64,000 bases of DNA from Chrysomallon squamiferum (Eukaryota; Animalia; Mollusca). This document shows positions 41,168-55,880 of this stretch, piece by piece. The position numbers and the translations under genes were made by a program. Numbering within the stretch: the first letter of the stretch is position 1; every line of letters starts with the position of its first letter. The notes under the pieces are model-generated. The model saw nothing but the letters and a program-made list of their open reading frames with translations, did no database searches and was not told where the DNA came from. The stretch lies in assembly GCA_012295275.1 (NCBI GenBank), contig CM022665.1, positions 20,956,001 through 21,020,000 on the forward strand. The letters are read 5' to 3'.

Positions 41168-41878
41168 GTGAGTACACCAGCTTCAAAATAGAGAATCATT
41201 CATTTCTATTAGATTAGCAGTACTTGATAGATTTAAGTAAATTTACTATATTCTTCTTTACAAAAAGTTCCTAATTACTGTTTTTGCTAGATTTTGATTA
41301 CTTGAAAGAATGTATGGATAGATGGATCAATGAATAAACTGTGTCAAAATACATCTGTGTAATGTTTATTATTAACAGCCAGGTTTTTCTATAATGACAT
41401 CACCAGAGAACAAAAAAAAACAACATTGTTTTTTTTTTTTTTTTTTTTTTTTTTTGACGATTAGCGTCAAACAGTTTTATATTTGTACCTTACCAAGCAC
41501 AGGATCATATATCTCTTGTTTAATGAATGTCGTACATCAGTGACTTGTACGATTATCGAATATCCCTACTTCACAGGCGTGTTTGTGATATCATTTCATT
41601 TACTGAATACTGAGATACATGAAGAAACGTTTTCAAAACCACCTTAACTTAAACTGTACACTTTCAACACAGTTTACGTTACTCATGTTGATAATAATGA
41701 ATCAACTGTTGGTTGGTTCTATGTCCTGAGTAATGGGTTAGTATTATTACTATTATAACTTTCTGCTACTACTACTTCTACTACTATTGTTGTGTACAAT
41801 TGTGTACAATTGTGCTACCATTTTTATTATTATTATATTATTATTATTATTCTTGTTATTGTTGTTATTGTTATTTTA

Positions 41879-41915
<37 letters not shown>

Positions 41916-43448
41916 CGCATTAAAAAAACTCAAAGAAACGGGTGTACTTATGTATGTAACATCTGTATGTATAAACATGCCGAAACCACGTGTGTGTAAT
42001 ATACATATATAAATAAATATATACATGTATACATACCTACTGATATATATACAAAAATATATATATATATATATCTGGCTATTTATCACCAGACCTAGCA
42101 ACAAGTGGAGATCTAAGACAAATCTGTGTGTGTGTGAAAACTTTGGCAGCAGCCGTCTCTCCACTGTGGCATTCCTCCTGGACGAGTGTTTGAACAACAC
42201 TGATGTTTTGTCTACAAAACACTAACTAACCGCACAGACATTGTGGGGAATGTATAAGGTGTATGGACGAAAAGTAACATGTTTCCAATAACAACTACGA
42301 CCATTTTGGCTGAAAAACTCGATAGTAAATGGACTCGAATTTATTTTACTACTACTACTATTCGTAGTAGTAGTAGTAGTAGTAGTAGCAGTAGCAACGG
42401 CAGTAGTAGACGTATCGTTATTGTTTTTGCTATTATTACTGCTACTGCTACTATTACTACTACTACTAGTAGCACTATTACTATCATCATCATTATTATT
42501 ATCATCATACTGTTATTTTTTAAAAGTATTATCTCAGTATAGAAATTTACACAGATCCTTGAAACAAAGACATCCTGTGTATTTTAATAAAGTTTTAAAA
42601 TGTTGAAAAACAAAAGAAGAAAGAACTAGGTTTAATTTGAGTCCTGCAACGCAATAAACACTTCTTACTTTGCAGTCTGGCTTAGTTTTTCGTTTCCTTT
42701 TACCACCACTATTACGGAATTTTGTTCGTATGATAAATTGTAATTTATAATTATGAACAATATTGTACTTAGACGTTTTTCTACAAGATGTAGATTTTAA
42801 ACAGATAACTTCTTCATTCTGTGTCGGCTGCGTTTGTTTCATTACTTAGACATACTCGTGTCTCATCGTGCCTTCTCTGACACGGGATTCATTACGTATT
42901 AATAACAAACAGAGATGTTCACGGATCACTCGTGTTTCAAAATCCAGTGTCAGCATTGTTTGGTCATCATATTCTCTGTCAAACAATCTCTGCCTGGAAT
43001 GGCACACACACCCTTATTTTGTCATCTTCAAGTCAAAACTCTAAAAGCCAAAAAATCTCTTGGTACAAATCACCGAAAAATGATGTCTTTGCTAATTATG
43101 CTGATTCCAGACGCATTTCAGCGAGTAATTAAAATTAATACCCTCGCTGTATGTGAAAGAAAGACAGAGTCACGTGACGCCAGACGAGCAGTTCCGTGTC
43201 AATACGGATCTTGTTTATTTTGCTCGGAAACTGGGAGGCAACCGCTTCGGGTCATTTCGCCGATGCTTGTAGTCTCCGATTCCTCTTTGATTGACAGGCG
43301 CGCGTGACTTAGGGGCTTGACTAATGCCAGAGAAAGACCGCCTTAGCATTTGCCAAATATATTCAATAGTGAAAATATCTCGCGAGAGTGTTTCAAAGCG
43401 CTAGGAGCGTTTCACCGATGTTTTCTTTCTGTATGATTCTTTCTCATT

Positions 43449-43526
43449 ATGAGCTGCGTTGACGTAATGTATCAGCCTTATGCCACGGGACTGCCCTACC
43501 ACCGCCACACCTCGGAACCACCACAG
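43449..43526 (+). CDS. vg: vestigial / vestigial-like (VGLL1-3 type) transcription cofactor, coding exon 1 (MSCVDVMYQPYATGLPYHRHTSEPPQ)
   Basis: ATG at 43449, then 26 codons ending at CAG|GTAAAA (phase 0). The N-terminus MSCxDVMY resembles the MSC-x-[DE]-VMY start of the Vg/VGLL2/VGLL3 family. Too short to appear in the ORF track. Confidence 0.88.
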
Positions 43527-43907
43527 GTAAAAAAAAAAAAAAAAATCATAATTTTAAAAACAAAATAGAAACGTTTCTTTTTCTTCTTCTTCTTCTTCTT
43601 TTTTTTTTTTTTTTAAATAACAAAACACCTGCCATAGCTTCGTCCGTTTGACATTTTTAACAATAATCTTTTGAAGTTGTACGTCTTGTATTTTTCCGAG
43701 AGAGGAATCGGCGACATATCTTTGCGTACTTGCGGCGCGCATAATTCACACATTTTTCGCATCTAGCAAGTTTGGCAGTATCAAGCCCGTTTCTCTTGGT
43801 GTAGGAAAAAGAAAAGAAATACTTCATACACACACAGCAATCTGTCAATAGCGTATTAAATTATCGAATACATTGCTACATTTTTTCTTCTTCTTCTTTT
43901 TCTTCAG

Positions 43908-44172
43908 GCGTTTGGGGTGCCGAGGATGCATGAGCCGCTCGACTTGGGCAGTTACGCGGCAGCTACGTGCACGTCATCGGGTCCCGTCAAAGAAGAAGAG
44001 GAAGACAAGGGCACGCAACCCAAGGAGACGCATTATCTGAATGCTAACTGTGTGTTACTTACGTATTTTACTGGAGATACGTCGTCTGTGGTGGATGAAC
44101 ATTTTTCTAGAGCTCTGAGTCAAACCAGCAGTTTCAGTCCAGACTCACAGACTAACAAACACATCATTAAAG
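43908..44172 (+). CDS. vg: vestigial-like, coding exon 2 containing the TONDU (Vg_Tdu) TEAD-binding domain
   Basis: Polypyrimidine tract + CAG acceptor at 43907, in frame with exon 1. Encodes AFGVPRMHE...HYLNANCVLLTYFTGDTSSVVDEHFSRALSQ, including the VxxHF motif. Donor G|GTAAGT (phase 1). Confidence 0.95.
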
Positions 44173-44211
44173 GTAAGTGTTTAATTTCTAGTTTTTTTAA
44201 TAATGATACTG

Positions 44212-44250
<39 letters not shown>

Positions 44251-44978
44251 TAGTAATATTCATAATAATAATAGTAATAATAATTATAATAATAATAACA
44301 ATAGCAGTAATAATAATGTAGTAATAATAATAATAATAATAATAATAGTAATAATAACAATAATAATAACATTAATTATATAGTACATTAATTATATAGT
44401 AGTAATTATAGTAACAGTAATAATAATAATAACAACAACAACAATAATAATAATAATATAGTAGTACTAGTAGTAGTGATAATGATGATGATGATGATTA
44501 TGATGATGACTCTGATGATTACAAAACGGCTATCATGACAGTTGAAGTATATTTTTAAATTTATTATTATTGTTGTTGTTGTCGTCATAATTATTATTAG
44601 TAGTAGTCGTATTATGGTTGTTATTGTTCTTGTTGTTTTAATTGTCATTTTATTATTATTATTATTATTCTTATTAATACACTAGTATATGTTATATGCG
44701 GAACTTAAATCGAAAGCATGTAACACATTTTTTAAATACAATTTATTCTGAAAATAAATAAACAAAATATTTATTTTTATATGAAAGAAAAGAAAAGAAA
44801 AATTATATTCTGTTTTAAAACACAAAACAAATGGATATGCAAAAAAAAAATCACAACAAAAACAACAATAACAACAATAATAATAACAACAACAACTATA
44901 ATAATAAAAAACAAATTAGGTTTTTTTATAAATAATAATTATATCTGTTTATGCTCGCGTATGTTTAGGTTATTATTA

Positions 44979-45021
<43 letters not shown>

Positions 45022-45541
45022 CATTATTATTATTATTATTATTGTTGTTGTTGTTGTTGTTATTATTGTTATTATTATCATCATTATTATTGCTGCTGCT
45101 GTTGCTGTTGTTGCTGTCTTATTATTACAACATAAAAAACAATCTTTGATTTATTATGTTTTAAGTTTAAACATCAAACTGGTCTGATGTTATTGTTAGA
45201 GTTTCATTTTTAAAATACCAGACTTAACACAACAGTTTTGTTTAACTGAAACCACGATAATTTATGTTTACTTAAATTTATTAAACAATTCTAAAACTCA
45301 ATTACGTTAACGCTGTGAATAAATAAAGAAAGAAAGAAAGAAAGAAAGAAAGAAAAAAGGAAGAAAGAAAGAAAGAATGAAAGAAAGAAAGAGGTGTAGC
45401 ATTATGAGTCGCAGTAGAAACGGTAGTTGCAGTAGTAATAGTACAAATATTTATTGTTGATATTCTTGTTGTTGAAATAATTATTTTTGGTTTAACAAAT
45501 TTATTATTATTATTTCTTATTTTAATGTAATTCATTTATTT

Positions 45542-45612
<71 letters not shown>

Positions 45613-46411
45613 TTTATTTTTATTATTATTTAATTTATTTTTTATTTCCTTTGTATACATATAAACTAAATTAGATAAATTTTGTGTTTATTTTATTTTA
45701 TAAATTTGTTTTTTCATATTTCTTGAGCAAGTGAAACAAACTTGGATATTTTCGGTCCATGTACCTGTATATATTTCTGCTTGCAAGATTTACATTGCAC
45801 TTTTATTAACGCTATAAAACTTCAGATGAATTTTACTGAATTATAGATAGAAAATAAATTTATAAATAATAAAATAAATAAATAATCTTGGAATTTATTT
45901 TATATTTTTTTATATTTGGTGTTTCATTATTTCATAGGTGTATCTTGTCTTTAATAAACATGTTAAATGTATTTTTGTGAAAAAGGATAAAAATTTAATA
46001 CCGAATAAATATAATAAAATACTGTAAAATAAATAAGTTAAAAATGAAATGAATTAATTTTATTAAAGAATGTAAATAATAATTTGCTTTTTTAATTATT
46101 TATTTATTTATTTATTTAATACTAGTAGTAGTATTGTTGTTGTTGTTGTTGTTGTTATTGTTATTTAAATTAGGAACCGTTTTCAGTATCATGTTATAAA
46201 ATGTAAAACTATTATAACATGTTGTATAATGTAAAACTATACAATGAAGTTATATTATTTCATTGTTAGAAATGTTAATAATTAAAATAAACAAAACATC
46301 GAGTTATACTAGTTAATCTCCGTTTATTTGCATTAATTTTACTAAAATACTTCAGACACAAGAACATTTTAAACTCGGAGCGAAAAGTCCATACCAGAAA
46401 AGCAAAAGATA

Positions 46412-46473
<62 letters not shown>

Positions 46474-47400
46474 TCAGGTTGTTATTAGTTTTCATATTTA
46501 TTCACACATTTTATTCAATATACATATATACACACACGCACACAAAAAATATACAAAATATACACTTGGAAAATAAATATTTGATATAATTAAATGTAAG
46601 TTAATAAGTGTTTTGTTTTGTTTCCCCCAAAACAACAACAACAAAAGCAACAATAACAACAACAACAAAAACAAAAACAAAAACAACAATAGTAATAATA
46701 ATAACAATAATAATAATTACTAAGAAGCAATAAAGAAATAATTTTTATTTATATAATTTCTTATGTGTGTTTAATTATGAATATTATTTCATTATATGTG
46801 TAGATTTACAATCTATTCAGAATTAATTACTTTTATCTTAGTATTATTTATTTATTTAGTTAGTTAGTTATTTTGTATTTTTTTTTATATTATTTAATCT
46901 TATTTTTCTTTGTTTAATATTTTTGTTGTTGTTGTTGTATTTATTATTATTGTTATTGTTGTTGTTGTTGTTATTGTTATTATTATAAATATTATTTTAC
47001 TAATATTTACATATTTATTTAATTTTACCTACTTACTGTTAAATATCATTTTCTATATAAAAGCCGAATATACTCAAACAGTGATTAAGCCACCAAATAA
47101 TTTTATGTTTACTAAAACAAATTACCACAAAAGACTGTGTACCAGTCAAATTGCGACTCTACACTTTCAAATTATTCTTACATCTTTGTTCTCTGCTTTA
47201 ATTTCTGTCTCTGTATCTCCCTCCACCGCGGTGCGCACATTAAAAATTGCTTTTTAATTGCTACGATATTTCTTTAGTACTGTAGCCGCTTGCTGTTTTA
47301 TCGAGTCGGGGGCCTACTGCGACTCAGTCTGTAGAGAATCACTGTTATGCGAACTGCCGCATAGAGGCGCGCGGTTTTGCTTGATGTAACCGCTGTTAGC

Positions 47401-47456
47401 GTGAGATGGTAACTGTGAGACGGTAACTGTGAGATGGTTGCTGTGAGATGGTTACA
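47401..47456. repeat. 14-bp tandem repeat x4 (GTGAGATGGTAACT) in vg intron 2
   Basis: GTGAGATGGTAACT GTGAGACGGTAACT GTGAGATGGTTGCT GTGAGATGGTTACA. Confidence 0.85.
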
Positions 47457-47709
47457 CAGATGTTTCAGATGCTTTGTTTCTTTACATATCTGAGTACCAG
47501 TGAATCTTTCTTTCTTTTTCATGTTGTTATTGTTGTTGTTGTTGTTGTTGTTAGTTGTGGTAGTAGTAATTGTTCGTGCTATTACTAAAAGTTTGATTTC
47601 TTTTGTTACCATCATCATCATCATCACTATTATTATTACTACTATTATTATTATCATCATCATCATCATTATCATTATCATCATCACTATTATTATTATG
47701 ATCATCATC

Positions 47710-47759
<50 letters not shown>

Positions 47760-50465
47760 TACTACTACTATTATTATTATATGTTGAATTTAAAAGTAAA
47801 ATTAATACATTTATTATTTAAGGATTTCAAAAAAATAAAAATAAAAATAAATGTAATGAAATGTTTAAATATAGTTGACATTTTTTTCTTCTTATTTCAT
47901 AATAAATTAATTTTAATTCAGCATAAAATTACAACACAGTATTTATAAAATGTAACAAAAAAAAACAAAAAAAATAATACAAAAAAAATAAAATAATAAT
48001 AACACAAATAATATGATGATAATGATGAATATAATAATAATAATAACAACAAACAATAACATCAACGACAACAACAATAATAATAAAGTTTGTTAATGTG
48101 AAAAATCAGAAAACACAAAAAGCGGCAAACTTTTACGAGTTTAAAATTAGTTTCGCTTTTCTCTTTATTGTCAAACAAGAAAAACAAAATGTCTCAGATT
48201 AGATCGGCCAACATCCGGGCAATGGAAGAAAAGTAATTAGCATGCAGAATCCATCTCCTTGTCAATTAATATCAGGCGCTTTCCATTGTGGCTACAAATT
48301 GCCATGCCCGCATCGTCGTGTCGTGCTTTTGCGGTTATTGACTTTGTTTTCGAGGATCCGGGGTCCTTGGTTTATGTGTTAATCGTGAATTAAAGGAATA
48401 AACAGTTACCAGCCACAAACAAAATTTGAAAGATTTTTGTTATTAATTTCTTTAATCAAAGTAATGTCGCGTGGCGTTTTAATATTAACAAAATTTTATG
48501 GTTCTTCACCCTGTCAAATTACGTTTGATGTTTTTATTGTGTTTTTTTTTTTTAGTTTTTTTTTTTTTAAATGTTTCATTACTTTAATAGTTTATTACAT
48601 TATTGTGAAAAATGTTGTAGTATAATTAATTTTAAAGATACTTTAGAGTGAATACTATTTTTTATTAGCTATTCATAGTATGGACTGTTCTGTTCGTCTT
48701 TTTTATTATTTAGTTATTATTATTTATTTATTTAGTGTGTTTTTGTGTGTGCATGTGTGCGTTTGTATTTTTGTGTTTGTGTGTGTGCTTGATGTTATAT
48801 GTTTATTTGATACATTAGTTTTCTTTTCACCTTTTTTAATTTAATTTTTTTTTATAATTTATATTCTAGTACTACTTCTGTTTGATGTTTTAGGATATTT
48901 GTTTCATTCTTTTTTAACTTTTTCTTTATGATAGATTTATTGTGTGTTTCTCTTCAGATATTTTAGTAACAGAGTGATGAATATGCTTGTATAAAATAAT
49001 TTAAATTTTTTTATTTATTTATTTATTTATTTCGTTCTTTTTATGCTGGTATGTCTTACTTGATACATAGTTTTGCTTTTTCACATTTTGTTTTCTTTCA
49101 TTTTTAAAAAAATATATATATGCTAGTACTACTGCTGTTTTAGTGTTTTAAAGTTTTGTTTTAATCTAACTTTTTGTGTAAGTTTACTTTTTGTTTTATT
49201 TTATTTATGTTTTTATTGCGCTACACGATCAGTTTGTTTTGTTAAGTCAATCCGCTTCCAATGAAACAAAATCAGGTGAAATAAATTTGATTATTTTGCT
49301 TAAGATAAAATAAAAACATCTTTCCAGCTAGACAGGCGATAAATACACCTTTTTAAACTGTTTTTGTTTTGCTTCAGCGTGAAATGAATATACAAGTTAG
49401 AAAACGAAAGCTACAATATACAGTTCTATCCACTCCGAAAATAAACTGGAATTTTGATCGCTCTGCAGTAGCGTAACATTTAACATCTGTATAGTCTACG
49501 TCTTTTTTTTTTTTTTTTTTCTTTTTTTTTTTTTTTAATGTTTGTGTAATCGTTACTCTCATAATGTGGAAATCACATTTGATCGCCGGTATCATGTTCA
49601 TCGTTTACTTTAAACACACTTTATGAAGCGTAACTTCGTATAATCTTGAATAATGCCGCGGATACCCGACTTGAAATGTTTTAACAAGTAGCGTCGTCTC
49701 AGTTTCACTTTATTAGCGAAACGCGATCCATTGTTGTTCGGCTGCTCTCTTCAAACTCTGGTTAAGCTGCGATACATGTCGAGTCACTCGTTCGTCTGTG
49801 TGCTTTTTTCCCTATCCCCCGTGTGGACGTTTTGTAATGGGGGTTTTGCGCTTGTGTGCGATTCCGTGATAAAGTTATCGTCACAGCCCCGACTTCTAAA
49901 ACGAAAACCATTATAATCATATATGTTAAACGGCTTGTTTATCCTTCAATGCTGCGGGTTAAACAGCTAACTTAATTGAAGACAAATTTCACTGGTGTGG
50001 GCTACTTGCCCTAAACCGAAAGTCATCAGAAGTTTCTTTCAGCGAATTTTCTCGTTAAAAAGCGTCTAAATCCGCGGCAGTGGTGTCTGTTTGTTTTCAC
50101 TGATCCCGATAAGCGACGTTCGTGCCTGCAGTGATGTGGCCAAAGTGGCCAAACTAGCGGAGACAGTTTCTAAACCAAACTCGCAGTATTTAGCGTCAGA
50201 CAAAAGTCCTGACGAAACAGCAACATCTATTGTTTCATTTCTGTCTTCTCAAACACCAATCACCGAGATAATGTACCGCTTGCAAACACGCTCGTTAGCT
50301 TTGCAAAGAAAGGGTTGAATAATATTCTAGCGCAGGCGAAAACTGACGAACGTTTTTAATAAATTGTGAAATCTTCGACAACGTACGATAATTAACTGTG
50401 TCATAATACCAGTTTCTAATAATAATCCTCAAATTATTATTATTATTATTATTATTATTATCATT

Positions 50466-50501
<36 letters not shown>

Positions 50502-52182
50502 ATATGCAGATAAAAATATCAATGATGATGCTAATACAAAAAGTAGCCGTTTTTTTATTTTTTTTATTTATTTATTTTTTTTAATCATCTGAAGAAAAAT
50601 TTCGAAAAGTTTGCTATTAATATGTTATGTATGTATTTATTCTTTTGTTTTAATTTATTTTAGTTTCTGTATTATTATAAATCGAAATTATTATTATTAT
50701 TATTATTTTTTTTAAATTTCAGAATTAAGTATTTAAGTAAAAATTAATTTTTTTTTTTTTTTTTTTAGCTTTTTAAGATGTTTTAATTTTCATGATGTAT
50801 TTATAGTAAAATATAATAAATTATCTCATGAAGAATATATATTTGTTAATACTAGAAGATAATAACAACAACAACAACAACAACAACAACAATAATAATA
50901 ATGAATTAATAAATAAATATGTATGTATAATAAATTATAACATAATAAAATTAAACAGTACTGCTATTGAAAGTGTTATTTAATTACCGAGGGAGTTAAA
51001 AGGATATACCAGTGGTATGAAAATAATATTTTTAATTAGCAGAGGGAGTTAAATGGATTTTCACTACAACTTGTTATTCAGAAACGTTATCAGTTTTTGT
51101 AACGCGGTTTAATCTTTCACAAAAACTCGGGATAAGCTGTCTTGGTTAAATTAGTTCTATTTGTACTTCATTTTGTTACACATAATTTACTGGCTTTTTA
51201 AAATATTTTGTTTATATTTTTTATTTATTTATTTTATTTTATTTTTGTTTTTTTTCTCTTTGCTAAAGTCAAAGTCTCGTTTAAAAAGTAACCTGACAAG
51301 CAGCAAGCAGCAGCAGCAGCAACAACAACAACAACAGTAACAATAACAAAATCAATAATAATAGTACTACTACTACTACTACTACTAATATAATAATAAA
51401 AACAAAAATAATAAAGATAATGATGATGATGATTATTATTGTAATAATAGTAATAGTAATAGAAGTAGTAGTAGTAATAATAATAGTATAAAATAATAAT
51501 AAAATAATAATAATAATAATGTTGATATTGACACTGAACATAGCAAAAACAACAAAAATAATAAATAAATAAATAAGTAAATAAAACAATAAATAAATAA
51601 ATAAATTTAAAACGTTCCATCTTACTTCAATTCCTATCATAACAATGATCATCAAATAAAAAAAAAACAACTCATAATCATCATCATTATTAACACAACA
51701 AATATTGAGACCACAACTCGTGCCCACGAAAGGCGTGCTTGAACCATAGTAGGCCAGTAAAACACGCTTCTGACTTCCCAGTAAGTGCGAAAATTTCCAG
51801 AATTTACGAAATTTCACTCGGGCATCAAATTACTGATGAAGAGATAAAAATATTTTTTTAAATGTGAATGTTTATGTGCGTATCTGTCTCTCTGTGCGTC
51901 AAAGAGAAAAAGATGGATGTAATTTGAGGGTGAAAAAAAAAAACACACCCCCCACACAAAAAAAAAAACCCAAGAAGGAATGAAAGAAAAAAGACAGAAA
52001 AATAGAGCAAAATAGAACAGATGGAAATAAACGAACAAACAAAAATAGAAAACGAAAGACATTAAGAGAAATAAAGAAAGAGAAATAGAAAGAAAGAAAT
52101 AGATAGATAGATAGGTAGACGGATAAATAAATCGATAGAGAAATCGACAGACAGATTGTATTAAAAAATATATATATATATA

Positions 52183-52216
<34 letters not shown>

Positions 52217-52271
52217 AAGAACAAAAGAAAGAAATAAATATATAGATAAACAGACAGACATTTACACTGAG

Positions 52272-52334
<63 letters not shown>

Positions 52335-52434
52335 CAAATAGATAGATAAATGGATAAAAAGACAGAAACAGCGAGAATCAGAATGAAATACAGAAACAGA
52401 GAGAATGAGAGCATGAAAGAAAGACAGAGAGAGA

Positions 52435-52476
<42 letters not shown>

Positions 52477-53333
52477 CTGTCTGACATTTAAAGTGTATAT
52501 GATGTACATCATGTCTGTGTTTTGTTATTACAAATCTCTATTCTCACACTATGAAAACACTGGACCCAGTGAACAGTTTTCTGATAATTCTCATGTAATT
52601 TCAGTTATGTCTTAGTTTCTTCTTACACCGTACATCTGCACAGACAAACATTGTCGTCATCATTTAAAATAAAACCATATAACAAGTATATCATGTACAT
52701 TTAGAAATAAAACGCAGCTTTCCGTTCCTCTTATGTGTGTGTGTTTAAGTTTACTTGTGAATATATAATTACATACATTTTCCTAAAGTAGGGATAATCA
52801 AGGCTTTTTATAAGAACTTTTGTTTGACTGGGAACTAGACTAAACGAAAGTGACTGTTACAACAGTAATTAATGGCGTCGCTTGCTTTTTAAATTTGCTT
52901 GGCCAGTTGATTCTTTTTGTCGTGTGTGTGTGAGTAATTATGACGCTGCAGGTAACGATGTTTTACGGCCACTTTTAACCCCAAACAACGGCTACGACGA
53001 CAAGCCGATAACTTCGCGTACGTCAGCGATGTGGCATTGATTTTAAGTTTTTTTTTTAAAACAGAAAGTTTGCAAAATATGTGGACAAAGAAAATAATAT
53101 ATTTATTTTGTTTTATTTTATTTTATTTTATTTTTATTTTTATTAGTTATTATTATTTTTTTATTATTATTATTGATTTTTCCAAAACTGATATATTTAA
53201 AAATATTGTAATTGATCGAGCCATTCCACATTAATTTATTTAATACTATCATTATTATTGTTATTGTTATTATTACTACTACTATTATTATTACTATTAC
53301 TATTATTACTAGCATTATTATTATTATTACTAT

Positions 53334-53366
<33 letters not shown>

Positions 53367-53381
53367 AACTACTATTACTAC

Positions 53382-53417
<36 letters not shown>

Positions 53418-53435
53418 CTTCCTTTTAACTTTCAG

Positions 53436-53864
53436 ATTCACCTCTGATGTCTCAGAGAAATTTCCCTCCTTCATTTTGGAACAGCAACTACCAACCGACG
53501 ACGGGGTTGATGGCGTCACACCATGACTTCCAATTCTCCTCCAACCCCTACTTCCCCTCGTCCCTCCACAGCATTTCAAGTCTTCATCAGGATCCCTGGC
53601 ACTATCCCTTGTCCTCTCAGACCCACGGTGTCACCTACCCCCACCGGTCCATGCACTATGACCTGCCCTACCCTTCGATGGCCAGTACCAGCAGGTTCTC
53701 TCCTGGCAACTACGGCACGTTGCTGATGCAGCCGTCGATGAGGTCGAGTCAGTTTGGAAGTATGTCGGCGCAGTGTGACCTGGGTAAGACGTCGGACACG
53801 TCGAGGCCGAGGTATCCCGATCACAGAATAGGATCTGAGTTTCCATCTCATACAGCTTTGCCAG
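53436..53864 (+). CDS. vg: vestigial-like, coding exon 3 (DSPLMSQRNFPPSFWNSNYQ...HQDPWHY...HTALP)
   Basis: TTTCAG acceptor at 53435; the phase-1 join G|AT gives Asp. Contains the family motif RNFPPSFWNS and a His/Pro/Ser/Tyr-rich region. Donor CCAG|GTAAGA (phase 1). Overlaps ORF 53447..53890. Confidence 0.93.
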
Positions 53865-53937
53865 GTAAGATACGTCACTATAGGTGTTAATTAGATGTGT
53901 ATTTATTATTTATTTAATAGTTTATTTACTTACTTAC

Positions 53938-53984
<47 letters not shown>

Positions 53985-54276
53985 TTTGTTATGTTGTTTG
54001 TTTGTTTGTTTGTTTCCTTATTTATTTATTTGTCCATATGTTTGTTTGTTTATTTGTTGTTTTGTTTGTTGGTTGGTTGGTTGGTTTATTTATTTATTCT
54101 TTCATTCATTTGATTATATGTCTATTTTTATTTATCTATTTATTTGCATATTTAGTTATTCGGTGTGGTTTTTTTGGTTTCTTTTTATTCATTTATTAAT
54201 TCATTCATTCATTCATTTATTCATTAAATATTAAAAAATTATTTAAAGATGAATTTTTATTATTATTATTATTATA

Positions 54277-54334
<58 letters not shown>

Positions 54335-55058
54335 TCAAACTAATTTTTATATTACAATTTTTATGAAATGTCAAGACCAACTCGGAACAAAAATTACAAG
54401 CAAAGAGTAATATCAAAAAGATGTAATTTCATTATTATTTTTTATGTTATCTTTTTCAAATTTCTACACATTAATTTTTTATTTATTTGTAAACAGATAA
54501 TTATATTAATGTTCCAAACAGAAACATTTTCGTAATTTTTTATTTATTTATTTAATATTTTATTTTTAATGAATAAATGAATATATTAATAATAACAACA
54601 ACAACACTAATAAATAAATAAATAAATAAATAAATACAACTTACGTAGGAAAAGACAAGAAATAAATTAAATGTTTTAAAAATTTATCCACGATATTTTT
54701 TGTTTTTCATTTTAATAAATAGCTGATATGGGTTTTTTTCCGTGTGTTGTAAATAAATAATACATAATTAACTTCAGTAAAACTTTAATAATTATAATTT
54801 AAAAATTCAGTCATCTGTAATTATTATTCAGATAATTTCTTTTATTATCAGAAAAGTTAAGTAATTATGTTTAATATTCAACCAACGATAAACTGTTTTC
54901 TGAATTTTTGCAAATGTAAATTATATTATTTTCTTTTATCATCATCATCATCAACAACAACAAGAAGATCTATATTAAATGTTATCATGTTCTTCTTTTA
55001 CTTCTTCTTCTTCTTCTTCTTATCATCATCATCATCATCATTATCATTATTATTATTA

Positions 55059-55092
<34 letters not shown>

Positions 55093-55773
55093 TAAACAGT
55101 ACAGAAAAAGAACATTTTTATTTAAGGATATGTTATTTTTCTTTTGTGCAAAAAATAAAATAACAGTTTTATTTCTGATGTTTAAAATACTGTATTTTGT
55201 ATTAGGTTGTCTTCTATCAGAACTGAATTAAAATAAATAATATTAATACATTTTGAAACACAAAAATAATTGTATATATTTATTGTGTCATTAATTCATT
55301 TGTATTGTATCTTTAATACGTTTTTATTGTTGTTTGTATTTGATATCAAATAAGCGAAATATATTTTGAGTTTGGATCACCTAAAACTTTAATTAACTAA
55401 ATGCGATAGATTTTTTTTTATTATTTTTTTTTTTTTAAATCTGATATATATATATATATATAATATGTAAAAACAAACCATTGGCAGAAAATCAAAGCTC
55501 TTAGTTTTACGCTGAAGTAACAACACAGAAAAATGTTTACAATACTGAAATTCTTCCATCACCTAGAGGTACGCCAGGAATGTTGCAATGAAATGTTTCC
55601 AATCAGAGAATTTTCATCCCTTAATGAAAATACAAATATAACGTAGAATTAGTGAAAAATTATTCTGTGAAAAAACATGTACTGAATTATACAAGTGTGA
55701 TTCTCCCAAAACAAAATTAAAAAATTAAAAAAGTTAAACGAATAAATAAATAGTAAATAAATAAATGAATAAT

Positions 55774-55880
<107 letters not shown>

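Noticed and set aside
50975-51060. Two-copy ~53-bp duplication (TTTAATTA..GAGGGAGTTAAA.GGAT); similar small duplication at about 210-282
   Set aside because: Ordinary local tandem duplications with no further structure.
53523-53878. ORFs 53523..53726 (+), 53576..53878 (-) and 53631..53846 (-)
   Set aside because: Shadow frames of the GC-richer vg exon 3.
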